From assembly GCA_963830915.1 (NCBI GenBank), contig CAWHOE010000010.1:1-64000 (forward strand): a stretch of 64,000 nucleotides of DNA, in the 5' to 3' direction. Of the stretch, positions 30,960-41,377 are shown one piece after another. Below the pieces are notes generated by a model, which saw nothing but the letters and a program-made list of their open reading frames with translations, did no database searches and was not told where the DNA came from. Origin of the DNA: a candidate division FCPU426 bacterium (GTDB lineage Bacteria > Oederibacteriota > Muellerivitia > Muellerivitales > Muellerivitaceae). Made by a program: the position numbers and the translations under genes. Position 1 is the stretch's first letter; the number at the start of each line of letters is the position of its first letter.

Positions 30960-31625
30960 ATGAACCGGAAAGGCTGGTCTGTGAGAATTTTGATCATTGG
31001 TTTACTGGCAATGGCCTTAACTACTTCAGCGGTATGGGCGGATGGGACGGACCAAAAGATGTTCCTTCAATTCCAGGGCGGGGTAGGTTTCCCGGCTAGC
31101 ACGAACGATCGCACTCTCAATGTTTACGACATGGGATTGAATGGGGAAGTGATGGTGGGATATTGGATCGCCCCTCAGATCTCTCTGGGACTAGAAAGTG
31201 GATACGATAACATCCCTGGGAAAGCCGTGGGCATAGGTATTTCGGATAAGAATGGGTACCTAGGCAGAGGGACCATCACCGCCGCGTCCGTGAATCACAT
31301 CCCCCTAGTATTGATCGCTCAGGTAAATTTGGCACCGAATGACGCCCCCGTGAAACACTATTTGATGGTCGGATTAGGCGTGGACTTTGATTTCCTAGGG
31401 TCGACCGTTGTGTCTTATGGTGGAACGACTTCTTATCCTGAAGCCGGAACAATTTGGGTCAACCCGGAGATCGACCCGGGGCTTGGGGTTGCCTTCTCGT
31501 TAGGGAATAACACGAACCTTTTCTTCCAATCTAAATTGGAGATGACCTTCCCCGCGAGCCAGGAGAGCTTCGATAACCCGATAATGTCCATTCCCATTCA
31601 GACCGGGTTGAATTTCTCGATCTGA
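30960..31625 (+). CDS. Outer-membrane beta-barrel protein
   Basis: Signal peptide, amphipathic strands, C-terminal IPIQTGLNFSI. Confidence 0.75.
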   Translation: MNRKGWSVRILIIGLLAMALTTSAVWADGTDQKMFLQFQGGVGFPASTNDRTLNVYDMGLNGEVMVGYWIAPQISLGLESGYDNIPGKAVGIGISDKNGYLGRGTITAASVNHIPLVLIAQVNLAPNDAPVKHYLMVGLGVDFDFLGSTVVSYGGTTSYPEAGTIWVNPEIDPGLGVAFSLGNNTNLFFQSKLEMTFPASQESFDNPIMSIPIQTGLNFSI

Positions 31626-31683
31626 AGGTCTTGCCGGTAAAGCTGTATGTATTAAGCCGCTATTCGTATAAAGGAGAACGGTA

Positions 31684-32295
31684 ATGGCCATGAAACCGAT
31701 GGATAAATACGGGATATTCCGGGCGGAGTATGACGAGGTCAACAATACCCTGTCCACACTGGTGACAAGGGCGACTTTCTACATCTCCATCGAGTCCTTG
31801 TTGATCGGCGCTTTATCATTCAAATGGGACGAGATCCTGAAATACAAGGACCATGTCGCGGTGGCTTTGCTGTACGGTTTGACCATCTTTTCGTTTTTGG
31901 TGTCCCTGGTACAAACAATCAAAGCGATGAAAATGATGGATTACAAGGATGCCTTCGATTTTGGGGATTTCGAGAAGACGGCCCAAACCCCTAAAGACAG
32001 GATAATGGTTTCCAATAAGCCGGATTTCTTGGACAAGCGCATCGAGGAATTGATAACTGCTTCTCGGCACAATGACCGGGAAAACAACAAAAGGGCCCGG
32101 TTGCTTCAGAGCGCTGGGAAATACCTGAAAACTGGAATCATCCTATTGTTCCTTTTCCTGGTGGCGACCTTCCTGTTCGTGAACTCGGCCGACCTGGAAA
32201 CTAAACAGGCGCCCATCACCCTGATAGCTTCCTCCGCCCCTTCCGCCAAGCCGGTCACAAGCAAATTGGTAATTCCCTCGGCCCTGAAGCATTAG
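31684..32295 (+). CDS. Hypothetical membrane protein (about 3 TM)
   Basis: AAGGAG RBS; three hydrophobic segments. Confidence 0.7.
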   Translation: MAMKPMDKYGIFRAEYDEVNNTLSTLVTRATFYISIESLLIGALSFKWDEILKYKDHVAVALLYGLTIFSFLVSLVQTIKAMKMMDYKDAFDFGDFEKTAQTPKDRIMVSNKPDFLDKRIEELITASRHNDRENNKRARLLQSAGKYLKTGIILLFLFLVATFLFVNSADLETKQAPITLIASSAPSAKPVTSKLVIPSALKH

Positions 32296-32570
32296 ACCGG
32301 ATCACTTTCGCACCTCAGTCCGGCCTAACAAAATGATCGTGGGCACCGCCCCGACCGAACACTGTGTCTTGGCGGGTCAGAAAAGCCTGAAAAATGGAAA
32401 ATGTCATGCATGTTAAATTTTTAATAATCCCACGAAAAGCCTTTTATTAGCCGTTTAACCTGATGGACAACTCGTTTCAAGAATAATATTATCTTTCATG
32501 AAGTCTGGGGAGGCTTCCGACAACGTTTTTCCACGCATCGGGAAGAAAATTCGCTTTTCGGGAGACCGAC

Positions 32571-35306
32571 ATGAACCGTTTCAGTATCTCTGATCTCAAA
32601 CCCTTATTCTTGGTTTTGGTATTGGTTGTCATTGGGGCCATCATCAATGCCTGTGGTGGAAAAAGTCCAACCGCTCCCGTCGCTACGGCTACCCCTGTTC
32701 CGCCTACCGCCACGGATACACCCTGCGGCTATCCGGGTAATACCTGCACCTCGACCTTCACCTCGACGGTGACCAATACTGCGACAGTGACCGATACCCT
32801 TACATCGACCAACACTGCCACATTGACCAATTCGCCCACCCTGACCTTCACAGCCACCTTGTCCAATACGCCCACCGCGACTAATAGCCCAACCAATACC
32901 TCCACTCCGACCAACACGGCCACACTGACCAATTCGCCCACCATTACCTTTACACCGACCTTGAGCGATACGCCCACCCAGACCTATTCGCCTACAATTA
33001 CATTCACACCGACCGTTACGCCCACCGTGACCGATTCCTTCACGCCGACCAATTCGGCAACCAATAGCAATACCTATACGCCCACGAACAGCCCAACCGT
33101 CACTCCGACGGGCATCGTGATCACGGGCAATGTCTCCTACACCGGAAGCCAAGGGACGGTCTCCAGCACCGATTACATCGCGGTGGATGTTTATAATAAT
33201 AATGAGTTGGTGAAAGGTTCCAATGGCGTGAGTCTCATGGGAGCGGCGACCATCACCTCTAATGGCGGAAGCTTCAGCATTCCCATCTCTGTCACGGGAA
33301 CCTTTTATGTCCTGGTCAATTACAATTACTCCGGTTATGGCAACGGGGTTGACCAGGGAGGGCCCATGCCAGGCGAACCTTATGCCATTGTCACGAACAC
33401 GACTGGGGGGACCACCGGTTCCACGCCAGCCCCTGGTATCGCCTTCAGCGGGGCGACCAATCTGGGGTCCATCTCTTTCGGGGACAGTTATTTCGCCTAT
33501 GGCGTGGCCGCTCCCGTCACCTATACGGCCGGGTCTTCCTATATCACATCCACCAACGCCATCCATTACCTGGCTTACGCCCACGGGACCAACACTCTCC
33601 TGACCGAGGGTGAGGCAAAAACCTTGCCGTCCAAATACACATTGACCTTCCTGAACTCCCAACCAGCCATCGATATCGTGGCCTTCTGGGACAAGGAGGG
33701 GAGCGCTTCGCTGCAGGCGACGCCCCAGGCTGACGACCCACAAGCGACCTATTCTAACGTCTCCACGAACGGCACGGTGGGTGCCCCCATTTCGGCGCCA
33801 TCCATCGTTTTGACCCCTGTTTTCACTATAACTCCGACCAACACCCCCAGTCCCACATTCACTTTCACCTCGACCCCTACTTCCACGCCGACCAACGATC
33901 CCTACGTCATCAAGGGAACGATCCAATACACAGGGTCCGACAGCGTCGCGGGCCAATACCTGTTGATGATGGGAACTACTTGTATCAATTGTGGCAACGG
34001 CACGAACTCCTCCTGGGTGACTACTGGGACCAAGAGTGTGTGCAACTACACCCTGAACCTTCCCTCGACCGGCAATTACGTACTCTTCGCCATCCTATCG
34101 AGTGTGCCCAACTTCAATAACACCTCACCGCCTGTAGGCGCTTCCTACTCCTTCTATGGCGGGGCTTGCTTGACCAGCGGAACCCCGACGACCATCGCCG
34201 TTTCCGGACCCTCGACCCAGACCGTCAACTGGACTTTCGGGGACAGTTGCGTGTTGGATGGGATCGGGGGAACCATCAGTTACACGGGAGTAGGCGCGGT
34301 CAACAACAACAACGGACTCGTTGTGGACGCTTATGTGGATCCCAGCTATTCGACCCCGGTGCCTAATAACAACGAAGCTTATGTCACGGTGAGCGGTGGC
34401 ACTTATAATCTGGTCAACACATCAGGAACGCCCTCCAGCGTATATCTCCAGGCCTATTACCAGAGCAATCAGGGAAACGGCGGAGGCAACGGCCCAGTCA
34501 CGGGTGATCCAGTGACGAATTTGGGTCTGGTGACATTCAACAGTGTCCTGACCAACAAGAACATCACGCTTAACGATTCTTACCTCTATAACAGCACCAA
34601 CAGCCTAACGGGAACGGTGAATTATTCCGGTACCGGCACGGTCAGCGCGTCCGACCCCATCGTGGTCAGGGCGGTCACTTTCACCGGTTCTTTCCTCCAA
34701 CAGATTGGGGCATGCGCTGTGACCAACAACGGAGGGACCTATTTCTTTGGGTTGCCGGCTTCAGGTAATTATTACCTCACTGAGGAATATGTGGCGGTGC
34801 CTGGCGCCTATTGGGATACTGGTGATTACGCTATTGGAAGTTACGCTGAAAATTCAGATGGGACCTGTGTGGGTAGTGGTTCTGGCCCCAATGGTAGCAG
34901 CGCCAGCCCTATCGTTGTCAGCGGAGCCGCGAATTCCAACCTAAGCTTCAACAGTAGCTGCGGACAGTTCCAGGGCTACACTGGAACCTTGAACTATATC
35001 GGGTCCCTGGGTACCCCATCTTGTGGAAACCCCGGCCATCAAATATGGGTTCAAGCCGTGAATGGGACCAGCGAAAGCGCCAATACTATCGGCAATAGCA
35101 CCGGCGTCTGCGATAACGGGGATACCTATTACCTCAATATCGGGACAAATTCCGGTAGCTATTACTTAAGGGCCTGGTTCGATTCCGCCGGGGCCGGTTG
35201 CTGTCAACCCCAGTCCGGCGAGTCCTGGACCGTGGTGGGACCCTTTAGTTCAAGCACGACCCCCAGCGCCAACAATATTTCCTTCGCCGACGCCCAAAGC
35301 TGGTAA
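32571..35306 (+). CDS. Large lipoprotein: Thr/Pro stalk plus six beta-sandwich modules homologous to those in 3..2030
   Basis: INA-C lipobox; repeated GTVxYxGxxxVS...GGTY...G.YYL modules. Confidence 0.8.
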   Translation: MNRFSISDLKPLFLVLVLVVIGAIINACGGKSPTAPVATATPVPPTATDTPCGYPGNTCTSTFTSTVTNTATVTDTLTSTNTATLTNSPTLTFTATLSNTPTATNSPTNTSTPTNTATLTNSPTITFTPTLSDTPTQTYSPTITFTPTVTPTVTDSFTPTNSATNSNTYTPTNSPTVTPTGIVITGNVSYTGSQGTVSSTDYIAVDVYNNNELVKGSNGVSLMGAATITSNGGSFSIPISVTGTFYVLVNYNYSGYGNGVDQGGPMPGEPYAIVTNTTGGTTGSTPAPGIAFSGATNLGSISFGDSYFAYGVAAPVTYTAGSSYITSTNAIHYLAYAHGTNTLLTEGEAKTLPSKYTLTFLNSQPAIDIVAFWDKEGSASLQATPQADDPQATYSNVSTNGTVGAPISAPSIVLTPVFTITPTNTPSPTFTFTSTPTSTPTNDPYVIKGTIQYTGSDSVAGQYLLMMGTTCINCGNGTNSSWVTTGTKSVCNYTLNLPSTGNYVLFAILSSVPNFNNTSPPVGASYSFYGGACLTSGTPTTIAVSGPSTQTVNWTFGDSCVLDGIGGTISYTGVGAVNNNNGLVVDAYVDPSYSTPVPNNNEAYVTVSGGTYNLVNTSGTPSSVYLQAYYQSNQGNGGGNGPVTGDPVTNLGLVTFNSVLTNKNITLNDSYLYNSTNSLTGTVNYSGTGTVSASDPIVVRAVTFTGSFLQQIGACAVTNNGGTYFFGLPASGNYYLTEEYVAVPGAYWDTGDYAIGSYAENSDGTCVGSGSGPNGSSASPIVVSGAANSNLSFNSSCGQFQGYTGTLNYIGSLGTPSCGNPGHQIWVQAVNGTSESANTIGNSTGVCDNGDTYYLNIGTNSGSYYLRAWFDSAGAGCCQPQSGESWTVVGPFSSSTTPSANNISFADAQSW

Positions 35307-35318
35307 GTCGTTGATAGT

Positions 35319-35352
35319 AAAAAGCCCGCTCCCGGAAGGGGCGGGCTTTTTT
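35319..35352 (+). terminator. Intrinsic terminator
   Basis: AAAAAGCCCGCTCC/GGGGCGGGCTTTTTT. Confidence 0.85.
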
Positions 35353-35650
35353 ATTTTGTTTAAGTCAATCAGGCGATCGATGTTTTATGGCAAAGCCGTG
35401 AGAGGGGCCTGTTGCTTGAATCCTTACATGTCGATGCGGAAGCCCAAGGAAATGATTTTCCTCTCGCCCATATTCGGTTCCAATTTAATTTGGAATAAAA
35501 ACCCGGATTTAGTGTCCTGCTGAATGACTTTTTGATCGCTTTTTTGGCTTAATCAACCGCCGTGTGATAGAACAAAGGGTATAATTGACCTGCCAAAGGG
35601 AATTTGTCCAATCTGGTCGATCCGAAAAACAATGCGCGGTTATAACTGAA

Positions 35651-37111
35651 ATGAAAATAAAATATATCTATCGGCTCTTTTGTGGATTACTGATCGTTCT
35701 GCTGACCTCTTTTCCTGGGTTGGTCAAGGCCCAGAATCTTTTCTTGGTCAAAAGCGAGAATGTCACCAATCTCTTCTTTGGCGATACGATCACTTATTGT
35801 TTCACCCTCAGTTCCAGTTCGTCCCCTAAAGCTGATATCTGTTGGGTCATGGACGTGACAGGCTCCATGGGGGCGGAGCTCAGCAGTATCATCACCAATA
35901 TGACCACCTTCACGAGCGCGTTGGCCGCCTCAGGGATCAGTTACCAAAACGGCTTTGTGGCCTATCGGGATATCAATTATTGCGATTACGCGCCTATCAC
36001 GACATATCCATTGACTTCCAATAACGCGACATTCATCGGGTATGTCAGCGGGCAAACTGCCATCGGGGGAGGGGATACGCCTGAGTCGGCTTTGGAAGGG
36101 CTGCAGGCCGCGGTCTACCCCACGACCTTTTGTGGAACCGCGTCCACACCCATGGCCTGGCGCGCGGGAGCTTCCCACACCATCATTCTGATCACGGACG
36201 CCGGTTTCCATGCCTCTGATTTCGACGGTTTGAGCGTTTTGCCCAGCACCTATCCCGTTTCTCTCTATGGCATGGGATACAACATAGACGCTATCACCAG
36301 CGATTGTTCCCTTACCCCGAATACCTGTACGGATTCGGGCGCAGCTTGCACTACTTGCAACCCGGCCTTGATCCCTCCTGAAGCGGGAGGTTTGTGGCTT
36401 TCTTTGAGTTCGACATCCGGCTGGTCCGGGTTCATGACGTCCCTAAGCTCCTCAGTGGTCGCCCTTTCCAACATTCTCATCTCCGACCCTCTTCCACCCC
36501 AACTGGACCCCATCTCGGGCGGAGCGGCGGGTGAAAGCATCGTGGGCAATCAGGTCTATTTCCCCATTTCCTCGATGACCTTTCCCTCGACCATCACAGA
36601 GTGCTTTCCCGCTACCGTGAATTCGAATACTTCCGCCGCCATCAGTAATACCGCGAATGTCACCGCGCCAGGGATCAGCAAGGTGACCTCCAATACGGTG
36701 GTGGGCACGCTCCTTGGATATACCTACACGCCTACCCCTACCGATACGCCCTGCGGTTACCCCGGCCTAACCTGCACCCCAACCCCAAGCTTCACACCAA
36801 CGCCAACTCCATTCGAGTTGGATATTTTCACGGTCAATAAGAACATCTTCAAACCCTCGACCGACGGGAGCGTTTCCATTTACGTGGGATATACCAAGTA
36901 TCCCGGCGAATATTCCCTGAGCATCTACAACACGGCGGGGGAGGCCATCACCCAGTTGGATCCGACTCGAAATCTAACCAACTATGTATCCAAAAGTTAT
37001 TTTTGGGATGGTAAGAATAAGTACGGCCAACCCTGCGCCAGCGGGGTGTACCTGATGGTTCTGGTCGAGCCCTATGATAGGAAGTTGAAGAGACTTATTT
37101 TGTTGAGATGA
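35651..37111 (+). CDS. Secreted VWA protein (VWA inserted in DUF11-like domain), Thr/Pro linker, C-terminal FlgD-Ig/T9SS-A-like domain
   Basis: Signal peptide VKA-Q; MIDAS DVTGSM, GGDTPE, ITDA; SDPLP and ISNTA; tail KNIFKP...WDGKN...KRLILLR. Confidence 0.85.
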   Translation: MKIKYIYRLFCGLLIVLLTSFPGLVKAQNLFLVKSENVTNLFFGDTITYCFTLSSSSSPKADICWVMDVTGSMGAELSSIITNMTTFTSALAASGISYQNGFVAYRDINYCDYAPITTYPLTSNNATFIGYVSGQTAIGGGDTPESALEGLQAAVYPTTFCGTASTPMAWRAGASHTIILITDAGFHASDFDGLSVLPSTYPVSLYGMGYNIDAITSDCSLTPNTCTDSGAACTTCNPALIPPEAGGLWLSLSSTSGWSGFMTSLSSSVVALSNILISDPLPPQLDPISGGAAGESIVGNQVYFPISSMTFPSTITECFPATVNSNTSAAISNTANVTAPGISKVTSNTVVGTLLGYTYTPTPTDTPCGYPGLTCTPTPSFTPTPTPFELDIFTVNKNIFKPSTDGSVSIYVGYTKYPGEYSLSIYNTAGEAITQLDPTRNLTNYVSKSYFWDGKNKYGQPCASGVYLMVLVEPYDRKLKRLILLR

Positions 37112-37389
37112 ATCTCTGGGATGTTCAAGTGGAACCAAGGTCCAGATTTAGAATTACTTACCCGAAACAATGGGAAGTTTTGAAAGCTGGAGGCGAATGG
37201 TTCCGCGTGATAAGTCAGGGATTGCATAAACCTATCACGGGTATTACTGTATTTACGAAAAAATTTTCATGGCAGTTACAAGAGAGAGCGAAATTGCGAG
37301 ATTTTCTCCATTTTTTTGTCTACTGGTTAATCAGTTGCTTAGGAATGGGGATGGTCTAATATGTTCCCGATTCGATCCCAGGAGTATCC

Positions 37390-37845
37390 ATGACGCATAA
37401 CGATCCCTTTTATTCACGACTTCTGACCATCATCCGGGGAAGCGACCTATTCCAAGCCCTTAACCCTTCGGAGATGGACGATCTCATCACTCACCTGCGA
37501 TTGATCCGGACCCAGAATGGGTATGAGATCATCCGGCAAGGCGACACCTGGGATTCCTTTTATGTGATCGTTTCCGGGAGGGTCTCGGTGAAAGTCAAGA
37601 AAGGCTCCAAGATCCTCAAAGTGGCCGAGCTTGGGAAGGGGGAATTCTTCGGCGAAATGTCCCTTCTCACCAACAAAGTCCGGAATGCCACCGTTACCTC
37701 GGAGGAGATTTCCGAACTACTGGTCCTAAAAAAGGCCGAATTCCATAATATCCTGATGGCCCACCCGGCCCGGGCGGGGAAGATCCGCGCCGCCTACATG
37801 GTCCGAAAAGCCGATTTGAAAAAGAAGAAACTGGTCTACGCTTAG
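37390..37845 (+). CDS. Stand-alone cyclic-nucleotide-binding domain protein
   Basis: IIRQGD, FYVIVSGRV, GEFFGEMSLL, RNATV. Confidence 0.9.
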   Translation: MTHNDPFYSRLLTIIRGSDLFQALNPSEMDDLITHLRLIRTQNGYEIIRQGDTWDSFYVIVSGRVSVKVKKGSKILKVAELGKGEFFGEMSLLTNKVRNATVTSEEISELLVLKKAEFHNILMAHPARAGKIRAAYMVRKADLKKKKLVYA

Positions 37846-37941
37846 TTCCCGTTGTCGATCTCCCCATCCCCGAATTTGGAACCGGCGGTATAATATTTTT
37901 TGTTTATCAAACGCGAATTGGAAATAAATCGCAAATAAACA

Positions 37942-39318
37942 TTGGATAAAACCATCTCTCCCATCCCATTGATCCCCAAAACGATATTTCTTTTTGTCGT
38001 ATTGGTGTATTTCGGCATGGCGCGATCATTTCCGGTCTGGTCCCAGGTCCCTGGTTCCCTCTGGACCGAAGCGACCGCGACCGCCGCTTTTTCACCCAGA
38101 TTCGATCACTCGTCCGTGGTTTATAACGGAAAGATGTGGGTGGTGGGCGGATTCAACGGAGCGACTTCTCTCGATGATGTATGGTCCTCACCGGACGGGG
38201 TGAACTGGACCGAAGTCACCGCCGCGGCGGCTTTCGGACCCAGGGTCGATTTTTCCATGGTGGTTTACAACGGATTGATGTGGGTGATCGGGGGAACCAC
38301 AGGCACTGGCGGATTCAATGATGTCTGGTATTCAAGCGACGGAGGTACCTGGACCGAGGCCACGGCCGCTGCCGCCTTTTCCAAACGATGGGACCATCGG
38401 TCGGCCGTTTATAACGGGAAGATGTGGGTGGTCGCCGGAAGCAACATGGGTGCCGGCTTGCTGAACGATGTCTGGTTTTCCAGTGATGGGATAAATTGGA
38501 CCAAAGCCACGGCTTCCGCCGCTTTCAGCAAAAGGGAACTGACCGAATTGCTTTCCTATAATGGGTTCTTGTGGGTGATCGGCGGGGGAGCTTATGGAGG
38601 TTCCGTTCTCGACAACGATGTCTGGTATTCGAGCGACGGAGCTACCTGGACCGAGGCCACGGCTTCCGCCGCTTTCAGCCCTAGGGTTGGGCACATAGGG
38701 GTCGTCTATAACGGGCTTATGTGGGTGATCGGGGGAACCAACGCTGCCGTGAACTATAACGATGTTTGGTCATCTCCCGATGGCGTGAACTGGACCGAGG
38801 CGACTGCTTCCGCGGCCTTTAGCCCTCGAGACCAGCATACGGCCTTGGTTTTCAACAATGACATGTGGGTCATCGCCGGCGAGACGTGGGGGGATAGCAA
38901 CCTGAAAAACGATGTTTGGTACACCTCCGCTCCCACACCCACTCCAACGGTCACAATGACCCCCACCATCACGGGAACTCCCACCGCTATCCCCACCGTC
39001 ACTCCGACCTTCACTCCTGTCCTGGATTGCGGCCATCTTATAGTTTCAAAGAATCTTTTCATTCCCTCTGAAGGGCCGCTCTTCCTGAGCGTCTACTCAG
39101 GTTGTTTGACCGGGGATCATTCCTTGAAGATCTATAATTCGGCCGGCGAAGTGGTCAAGACCCTTCCGCTGTTGCCAGCTGGCTCGCCCACCGCTTCTGT
39201 CACGGCAACCTGGGATGGCACCAACAAAGATGGGGGGGCTTGCGCTAGCGGGTTATATATATTGCGCTTTCTGACGGATTGGACTGTTTCTTCGCGCCGA
39301 GTGATTCTGGTCCATTGA
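37942..39318 (+). CDS. Secreted six-blade Kelch-like propeller with Thr/Pro linker and C-terminal FlgD-Ig/T9SS-A-like domain
   Basis: Six repeats of WTEATAxAAFSxRxxH...YNGxMWVxGG...NDVWxSxDG; tail IYNSAGEVV...WDGTN...SGLY...RRVILVH; exact start uncertain. Confidence 0.85.
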   Translation: MDKTISPIPLIPKTIFLFVVLVYFGMARSFPVWSQVPGSLWTEATATAAFSPRFDHSSVVYNGKMWVVGGFNGATSLDDVWSSPDGVNWTEVTAAAAFGPRVDFSMVVYNGLMWVIGGTTGTGGFNDVWYSSDGGTWTEATAAAAFSKRWDHRSAVYNGKMWVVAGSNMGAGLLNDVWFSSDGINWTKATASAAFSKRELTELLSYNGFLWVIGGGAYGGSVLDNDVWYSSDGATWTEATASAAFSPRVGHIGVVYNGLMWVIGGTNAAVNYNDVWSSPDGVNWTEATASAAFSPRDQHTALVFNNDMWVIAGETWGDSNLKNDVWYTSAPTPTPTVTMTPTITGTPTAIPTVTPTFTPVLDCGHLIVSKNLFIPSEGPLFLSVYSGCLTGDHSLKIYNSAGEVVKTLPLLPAGSPTASVTATWDGTNKDGGACASGLYILRFLTDWTVSSRRVILVH

Positions 39319-39429
39319 AACCTATGCTGTAAATTCGCTGGCTTAATAGTTTCTGCCTGTCCTCGGTCGATTGATGTAAAATCCCCTATTCGGAATACTG
39401 AACCAATCGACGCGTATGAGGGAATATCC

Positions 39430-41211
39430 ATGATCAAGAACCTGATGGTCTGTCTCGCCCTGTTAATCCCCGCCTCATTATTAGCCCAACAGGCCCCGTC
39501 TGGAGGGGAATCCTTGTTTTCCAAGCCGGCCATTGGACTCTTAACGCTTACCAACAACCTTAAGGGAAAAACCGAGACGATCCAGGTGGAAGGCCAGCCT
39601 TTTCATGAGGCAGTCCGTTTCACCACAGTGGAAAGCACGGTCAATATTTGGGATGTGCAGGCGATCACTGAAGTGCCGGTCGAGGTTAAGGCGGGCGACG
39701 TGGTCCTGGCTGAATTCTGGATGAGAGCGGCCAACACCAGTGTGGAAAGCGGGGAAGCGAAAAGCGAGTTCGTGTTCGAGCGTTCGGGCGACCCCTGGAC
39801 CAAATCGGTCAGCTATACCCTTTCCGCCGGGCCCCAATGGAAGAAATTCTCCATCCCATTCACCATCATCGAGGATCGGCCGGCGGGAGGAGCCCATATT
39901 TGTTTTCGTATGGGTTACCATCCGCAGGCTTTTGAATTGGCCGATCTTAAGGTCACCAACTACGGTTCTAAAGTAAAGATCGCTGACCTACCCCAGACTC
40001 GCGTGAGTTATGAAGGGGCGGAATCCGATGCGCCCTGGCGGAAGGAGGCACTGGACCGAATCGAAAAGATACGGAAATCGGACCTGACCCTAATAGTCAA
40101 GGATTCCAAAGGCAATCTTCTGCCGGGAGTCAAAGTGGCTTTGCGGATGAAAAATCAAGCTTTCCGGTTCGGTACGGCGGTTGTGGCCAAGGACCTGGCG
40201 ATTCAGGGGCCTGAGAACGAAAGGTACCAAATGGAGGTCGCCCGGCTGTTCAACCGGGTGGTGTTCGAGAACGACCTGAAATGGGGCCCTTGGGAAGAAG
40301 GGGCATCCAACAACGGTTATTGGCAGCGCCAATATGTCCAAGGGGCGATGAAGTGGCTTGCCGAAAGGAACATCGATGTAAGGGGTCATAACATGGTCTG
40401 GGGAACCTGGCGTTATCTGCCAGGTTCCTTGAAGAACCTGTCGGGTGATCCCAAGGCTCTGGAAGCCGCCATTGAGGACCGCATCAAGGATGTGGGCGGT
40501 ACTATGAAGGGACAGTTGGTGGAATGGGATGTGGTGAACGAACCCGTTCCCGAGCATCAACTCACGGATCTTTTGGGGCAAGAGGCCATGGTGACTTGGT
40601 ACCAGACAGCCAGACAGGTGGACCCGAAAGCGCTCTTGTTCGTGAATGACTACCCCAGCCCCGACACCACGGGCCATCTGGACGCCTATGACAAGGTCAT
40701 CCAGTTCCTTCAACAAAAAGGGGCGCCTTTGGGGGCCATCGGCCTGCAGGGACATGTGGGCAACTCGCCCTGGTCCATTCCGGCCTTGCTGCAGACCTTG
40801 GATAAACTGGGCGCTCACGGGCTGCCTATCGAGATCACCGAGTATGACACGGAGATCTCGGACCGGACATTGGACGCCCAATTCATGAAGGATTTCATGA
40901 CGGCCGTATTCAGCCATCCCTCGGTCGAGGGGTTCATCATGTGGGGTTTTTGGGATGGGGCTCATTGGCATAAGAGAGCGCCGATCTTCAACGAAGATTG
41001 GACCGAAAAACCAACAGGTCAGGTCTACGAACAGCTGGTCCTTCGGGACTGGCGCACCAACACCGACGGTGTGACGGACGCCAATGGGATTTATCGCGTC
41101 AGGGCTTTCCTGGGTGATTATGAGGTGACGATCAGTGACGGTTCTAAAACGGTTAAGTCCGCCGCGACCTTGACTAAAGATGGGTTGCCCTGGACGGTGG
41201 TTTTAAAGTAA
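39430..41211 (+). CDS. GH10 endo-1,4-beta-xylanase with N-terminal CBM-like domain
   Basis: Signal peptide; ENDLKW, RGHNMVW, WDVVNE (acid/base), GLQGH, ITEYD (nucleophile), WGFWD. Confidence 0.9.
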   Translation: MIKNLMVCLALLIPASLLAQQAPSGGESLFSKPAIGLLTLTNNLKGKTETIQVEGQPFHEAVRFTTVESTVNIWDVQAITEVPVEVKAGDVVLAEFWMRAANTSVESGEAKSEFVFERSGDPWTKSVSYTLSAGPQWKKFSIPFTIIEDRPAGGAHICFRMGYHPQAFELADLKVTNYGSKVKIADLPQTRVSYEGAESDAPWRKEALDRIEKIRKSDLTLIVKDSKGNLLPGVKVALRMKNQAFRFGTAVVAKDLAIQGPENERYQMEVARLFNRVVFENDLKWGPWEEGASNNGYWQRQYVQGAMKWLAERNIDVRGHNMVWGTWRYLPGSLKNLSGDPKALEAAIEDRIKDVGGTMKGQLVEWDVVNEPVPEHQLTDLLGQEAMVTWYQTARQVDPKALLFVNDYPSPDTTGHLDAYDKVIQFLQQKGAPLGAIGLQGHVGNSPWSIPALLQTLDKLGAHGLPIEITEYDTEISDRTLDAQFMKDFMTAVFSHPSVEGFIMWGFWDGAHWHKRAPIFNEDWTEKPTGQVYEQLVLRDWRTNTDGVTDANGIYRVRAFLGDYEVTISDGSKTVKSAATLTKDGLPWTVVLK

Positions 41212-41377
41212 AAAAGGGTTTCGTTTTCTTTATAACCATTACCGATGGGTAACCTGATGGGTCGAATGTTCGCGTATTAACGGTTTGTGACATTTCTTGT
41301 AACACCCCTGAAACTTCCGGCCGACATAGTCCTCCCGCTACAGATGGTGTTCATCATCTATTCAGGGAGGTTTGAAC

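Noticed and set aside
32604..33956. Long antisense ORFs (also 333..1262, 26854..27924, 40090..40971)
   Set aside because: They lie fully opposite well-supported genes in GC-rich DNA and have no motifs.
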